Of a DNA stretch of 40,582 bases, positions 35,446-40,582 are shown piece by piece (position 1 is the first letter of the stretch; each line of letters opens with the position of its first letter). A program made the translations under genes and the position numbers. The notes beneath the pieces were generated by a model, which saw nothing but the letters and a program-made list of their open reading frames with translations, was not told where the DNA came from and did no database searches. Source of the DNA: Elsinoe ampelina (taxonomy: Eukaryota); assembly GCA_010093995.1 (NCBI GenBank), contig ML992511.1:487316-527897 (forward strand), written 5' to 3'.

Positions 35446-38400
35446 ATGGCTCCCGCAGTCGATATTCAAGAGGCCGCGGCCCCTTCGCCCGGTCAGCTCA
35501 AGAAGGAAAACGCTCAGTCGATCAAGGTCCTTGAGCAGCTCCTGTCAAAACTCACAGTCTCCAAGGCTCAGGATGAGATCAACGCCTCGTCCCAGGAGAT
35601 CGCCGTGTTCATCAATGGAGATATCGAGGAGCAGGATGCCCCCATCAAGTCAGTATCAGCGGCAAAATGGCCAATTCAATTTTGTCTAATACAAATGTAG
35701 GGCTTTTGACCTCCTCAAGAAGCAGCTCAGCAACAAGAAGGATGCCAACGCACGCGAGCGTGCGCTCGATGCCATCCGCTCCATCGCCGAGCACTCCACA
35801 CTCAGCCCCGCAGTTGAGCCATACCTCGTAAAGATCCTCGAGCAGGTTCTCGCAGCCGCTGGCGACAAGATGGTGCCTGTCCAGAAGTCCGCTGCCGCTA
35901 CCGCCATCTCCATCGTCAAGTCCGCCAACGCCAACGCTGTCAAGGCCATCCTCCCGCACCTCATCAAGTCACTCCGAAATGCACAGAAGTGGCAAGAGAA
36001 AAAGGCCGATTTGGACTGCATCGAGTCGCTTTGCGCCTCGTCACCACACCAGACTGCTTTCCGTGTTCCAGACTTGATTCCCGTGGTCTCCGAGGCCATG
36101 TGGGATACCAAGCCTGAGATCAAGAAGGCCGCCTACGGGACCATGGAGAAGGTGTGCGGTCTGATTGTCAACAAGGATATCGAGAAGTTCATTCCTGAAC
36201 TGATCAAGTGTGTTGCCAAGCCAGAGAACGTCCCAGAGACTGTCCATCTCCTAGGGTAAGTTTGACGCAAATTTTGATATTCGAGCATTTTCTGACAAGA
36301 TCTGACAGTGCCACCACCTTCGTCACTGATGTCCACGAGCCTACCCTCGCCATCATGGTGCCTCTGCTCGAACGTGGTCTCGCTGAGCGCGAAACTGCCA
36401 TCAAGCGAAAGTCTGCAGTCATTGTAGACAACATGTGCAAGCTGGTTGAGGATCCTCAGATCGTTGCTGCTTTCTTGCCTCGCCTCATGCCCGCTCTCGA
36501 GAAGAATTACGACAACTTGGCTGATCCCGAAGCCCGTGAGAAGACCAGACAAGGTCTTGAGACTCTCAGGCGTGTGGGTGGCGTCAAGGACGGCAAAGCC
36601 CCTGAGATTTCCAAGGCCGGCGATATCGCCACGGTTCTTGCCATTCTCAAGCAGCTCTTCACTGAGAAGCACCCTCTCGCCAAAGATGGCAAGTTCGAGC
36701 CAATCCTCGAATACGCCGCTGCCATTGGTGCCGAGCTCGTCGACGAAAAGGACCCAGAAGCCACTTCATGGACCCTCCACACTCTCCCATATATCACGGT
36801 CATTGCCGGCGAGGCCGATGCCAAGGGCATTGCCGATACTCTCCGCAAGCGCGCTTCCCCGCTTGCCGCCGCAGAAGATGCCGTCGAGCCCGATGAGGAA
36901 GAGGGCGAGGACCTTTGCAACTGCACATTCAACTTGGCCTACGGTGCTAAGATTCTCCTGAACAACACCAACTTCCGCCTCAAGCGTGGTCAGCGTTACG
37001 GTCTCCTCGGTCCCAACGGTTCTGGAAAGACCACTCTCATGCGCGCCATCAACAACGAGCAGGTCGAGGGTTTCCCCAAGCAGTCTGAGGTCAAGACCTG
37101 CTTCGTCGAGCACGATCTTGACGCTGCTGACACTGAGCTTTCCGTCATCGAGTGGACCATGATGAAGTTGAAGGCTGTCAACATCGACAAGCCGCAGAAG
37201 GATGTCGAGGAGAAGCTGCTCGAGTTCGGCTTCCAACAAGAGCAACTCAACGGTGGCATTACCTCACTTTCGGGCGGCTGGAGGATGAAAGTTCGTTATT
37301 CCTGTCGTCGCCTTGCTTGTTACATCCGAAACTGACAATTTTTGATAGTTGGCGCTTGCCCGAGCTGTTTTCGAGGAACCCGATATCCTACTTTTGGACG
37401 AACCCACCAACCATTTGGACGTAGTGAACGTCAAGTGGCTCGAGAACTATCTTACCAGCAGCAAGTGCACGTCTATCATCATCTCCCACGACAGCAAGTT
37501 CCTCGACAACGTTATCCAGCACGTCTACCACTACGAGCGCTTCAAGCTTAAGCGATACCGCGGTAACTTGTCCGAGTTCGTCAAGAGGGTTCCATCTGCG
37601 AAGTCCTACCACGAGCTGTCCGCTTCCGAGATGGAGTTCAAGTTCCCCGAGCCCGGTTTCCTCGAGGGTGTCAAGACCAAGGCCAAGGCCATTGTTCGTG
37701 TCACCAACATGACCTTCCAGTATCCCGGAACACCCAAGCCTCAGGTCGAGGGTATCTCCTTCCAGTGCTCTCTCGGCTCTCGTATTGCCGTCATTGGACC
37801 CAACGGTGCCGGCAAGTCGACTCTCATCAACGTCCTCACTGGTGAACTCATCCCAACATCTGGTGATGTCTACCAGCACGAGAACATCCGTATCGCCTAC
37901 ATCAAGCAACACGCTTTCGCCCACATCGATCACCACTTGGACAGCACGCCATCAGAGTACATCCAGTGGCGTTTCCAGTCCGGTGAAGATCGTGAGACCA
38001 TGGATCGCGCTAACAAGATCATCACCGAGGACGACGAGAAGGCCGCACTCAAGATCTACCGCATTGAGGGCTCTCAACGTCGTGTCCAGAGCGTTCTCTC
38101 CCGTCGCAAGTTCAAGAACAGTTACGAGTACGAGTGCTCGTTCCTGCTCGGTGAGAACGTCGGTCTCAAGAACGAGAAGTGGATTCCACTGATGACCGCC
38201 GACAACGCCTGGATCCCCCGTAACGAGCTCATGCAGTCTCACCAGAAGCAAATCGCCGAGGTCGATCAGAAGGAGGCTCTCGCCAGTGGTCAATTCCGTC
38301 CTCTGGTCCGTAAGGAGATTGAGCAGCATTGCGAGAACTTCGGCCTCGACGCCGAGCTCGTCTCCCACTCCCGCATGAAGGGTCTATCGGGAGGTCAACG

Positions 38401-38824
38401 TGTCAAGGTCGTCCTCGCCGCCTGCACATGGCAACGCCCTCACTTGATCGTTCTCGACGAGCCCACCAACTTCTTGGACCGTGACTCGCTCGGCGCCCTC
38501 TCCAAGGGCCTCAAGGAGTTCCAAGGAGGTGTCATCATCATCACCCACAACTCCGAGTTCACCGCCGGTCTCACCGAGGAAGTCTGGGCCGTCATGAACG
38601 GTCGCATGACTCCTTCCGGCCACAACTGGGTACAGGGTCAAGGTGCGGGTCCCCGTCTCACTGAGAAGGACGACGAGGAAGACAAGTTCGATGCCATGGG
38701 CAACAAGATCGAGGGTACCAAGAAGAAGGCAAAGCTTACTTCTTCCGAGCTCCGGAAGAAGAAGAAGGACCGTATGGCCCGCCGCAAGAGGGGTGAGGAG
38801 GTCTTCTCTGATGAGGACGACTAG
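35446..38824 (+). CDS. YEF3: Fungal translation elongation factor 3 (eEF3, ABC-F ATPase), 1071 aa; exons 35446-35648, 35701-36255, 36309-37290, 37349-38824
   Basis: HEAT region ([14 protein letters not shown]), two ABC cassettes ([25 protein letters not shown] and [22 protein letters not shown]), chromodomain insert in ABC2, basic C-terminal tail. Three GT-AG introns (52, 53, 58 nt) give a 3216-nt uninterrupted frame. Confidence 0.97.
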
Positions 38825-39161
38825 ATCATGAGTCTTGCGTCCGCGTCGGTTGGCTTACCTGGAGAGGGATACACGGGGTCTGATAGATTGATCTGCCCAC
38901 GATAGAAAGGGAGGTATGCATAGATGGGGAAAAGCCAGGAGAGGAGTGATCAGCCCGACCATTTCTCGGTACTCTGAGGCGTTGAAGTAGTTCCACGGAG
39001 CTGTTTTGACTTTTTTTTTTCTTTCTTTTGTTCTTCATGCAGCACATTGAGCACTCGAGATAGATGGTGGAAAATGATATATGACAATTCCAAAAAAGTC
39101 ACTTGACTTCTCCTGCTGCCCGCGACGTGAACCGCCCCCGCTGGGAAAGGGATAGAGGACA

Positions 39162-39685
39162 TCATCCCCTCCTCTTCCCCTCCCTCGCCTCCCCCCCACC
39201 CTCGTGCTCTCCCACCTGACACCCCTCCGCGTCCCCCGGTTCATCGCAGCAGTCCCACTTGAACCCCTCTGGATTCTCCTCCCTCATGTCCTCCGTGTCG
39301 ATCGTACCGTGACAATCCTCATCATGATCGGCCCAAAAGTCGCCATCCCAATCGACCTCCAGCTCCCCTGCAGGCCGCGCGTGAGTCCCGCCTCCGCTCG
39401 CCGCGAAACGTCAGGGAACGACTCACCGTCATGCCACCGACATGCCTCCTCGTCGTTGAAATTGACGTCGAATTCCTCTTCGCAATTGATGCAGTGTTCG
39501 TAGCGTTTTCGCTTGCTTGCTGTGGGCTGGGTGCCGCTGGGTGAGGCGGGGACGAGGAGCTGTCTTTCCGCGAATGCTTTGGCTTCGGGGAGGTTGATTA
39601 CGGCGAGGAGCACGGCGCGGAGCCGGGCTTTGTCGGCTGCGCGGATGGCGTGCTCGACGGTTGTGGAGCTGGGGGCGGGGGGCAT
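39162..39685 (-). CDS. Small Cys/His-rich hypothetical protein (154 aa), CHORD-like pattern; exons 39685-39427 and 39367-39162
   Basis: Intron GTGAGT...CTGCAG (59 nt). The spliced product contains CINC-x13-CRWHDG...GFKWDCC-x8-C-x4-H; stop TGA at 39164-39162. Confidence 0.85.
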
Positions 39686-39909
39686 GGCGGGTAGAGGGAT
39701 GGGAAGGGAGGGCAGGGGTGAGGTGACGCGGGAGCTGGGTTTGGAGCGCGGTTTGGTGACGCGGTCACGTGCTTGGCTTCGACGGTGTCAACCTCGGCAA
39801 GAGCTGTGGTGCCAAGAAGGACCCTGATTCAGTTCACCCAAGGTTGAACTGAGCACTCTTTAACAACTTTACTAGTTCATGATCAATTTGGATGGTTATT
39901 GTCTTAATC

Positions 39910-40045
39910 TGTTACTATTCAGGAGTTCTCTAATTTAGCTATGTCTTAGTTCATCAGGTTAAGTATATATGTAGTTACAATCCACCTAATTTAGGTGGAT
40001 TAGGCAGTAATAAATCTTCTCTCTCTCTCCTTACACAAGTTAATA
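39910..40045 (+). repeat. Putative Copia 5' LTR (136 bp)
   Basis: 5-bp inverted termini and adjacent PBS-like motif; the partner LTR is not in the window. Confidence 0.65.
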
Positions 40046-40582
40046 GTTATAAGCCCGGTATAACTACCCCTGCACAAGTAGAGTATTTAGTTATCTTCCT
40101 ACTTTATTTATTAGTCAATTCTCTATCATCTCGCTTTTTAAGCACTAGAATCTGTCAAGTACTGCCTTATCTACCACTACAGGATTTAGGTGTTAATAAA
40201 GAGATAAACAACTATAGATACTAACACACTAACAGCTAGAACACCTATTATTCTTACTACATTAGCTAAATAGGCTAGCTAGCTATATATCATCAAGACT
40301 AGAGCTTTAAACACTAAGATCTAGCACATTGTTAATCCCTAGGAGATAGTTAAGCTAGAAGGGCTCCCTAAGCCTTAGAGGCTAGATATATCAGATTCTA
40401 ACTTCTTAGTACTCTTCTAGATATACAAGGAGGAGCAAGCTTAGCATAACAAACAGCATAAGGCCTTAGCAGATCTAGCTAGCCTTATTCAGTTATTAAT
40501 TGCACTATAAGTTCTTATAGTTATCTAACTAGAGGGAGATCCCTATCTATAGGCTATCCTTAGAGCATTAAAGAACAGATTT
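39910..40582 (+). mobile_element. 5' end of a Ty1/Copia LTR retrotransposon (RIPed; runs off the window)
   Basis: Short LTR TGTTA...TAA(C>T)A at 39910-40045 with TATA-like and AATAAA motifs, followed by GTTATAAGCCCGG (resembles the copia-type GGTTATG(A/G)GCCC PBS). A gag-like frame from ~40214 de-RIPs to IILTT..EW..WL.IIKT.A....IW..VDP and PW.ILRALKNRF. Confidence 0.75.

Noticed and set aside
35645..38831. Many antisense and alternative-frame ORFs overlapping EF-3
   Set aside because: Shadow ORFs caused by the strong codon bias of a highly expressed GC-rich gene.
38826..39827. Short ORFs around the 3' ends and on the antisense strand of the small gene
   Set aside because: Low-complexity or antisense frames; the spliced 39685-39162 model explains the region.

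Overview
Filamentous-ascomycete (Pezizomycotina-type) genomic DNA with isochore structure. Bases 1-~34940 are an AT-rich block heavily mutated by repeat-induced point mutation (RIP: CpA/TpG depleted, TpA enriched, TGG/CAG codons turned to TAG). The block resolves into a four-level nest of transposons: Ty3/Gypsy chromovirus B2 contains chromovirus C, which contains a large hAT DNA transposon, which in turn contains chromoviruses A1, B1 and A2. A ~5 kb GC-balanced island follows, carrying an intact 4-exon elongation factor 3 gene (35446-38824) and a small 2-exon CHORD-like Cys/His gene (39685-39162). A RIPed Ty1/Copia element starts at 39910. Most notable result: after reversing RIP by eye, three unrelated element families (Gypsy A, Gypsy C and the hAT) each appear to carry an accessory gene for a small six-cysteine, Zn2Cys6-like protein. 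In the two retroelements this gene lies antisense between pol and the 3' LTR. Most of these cysteines are inferred from TAY codons, so the result is a hypothesis. No tRNA, rRNA or CRISPR was seen.
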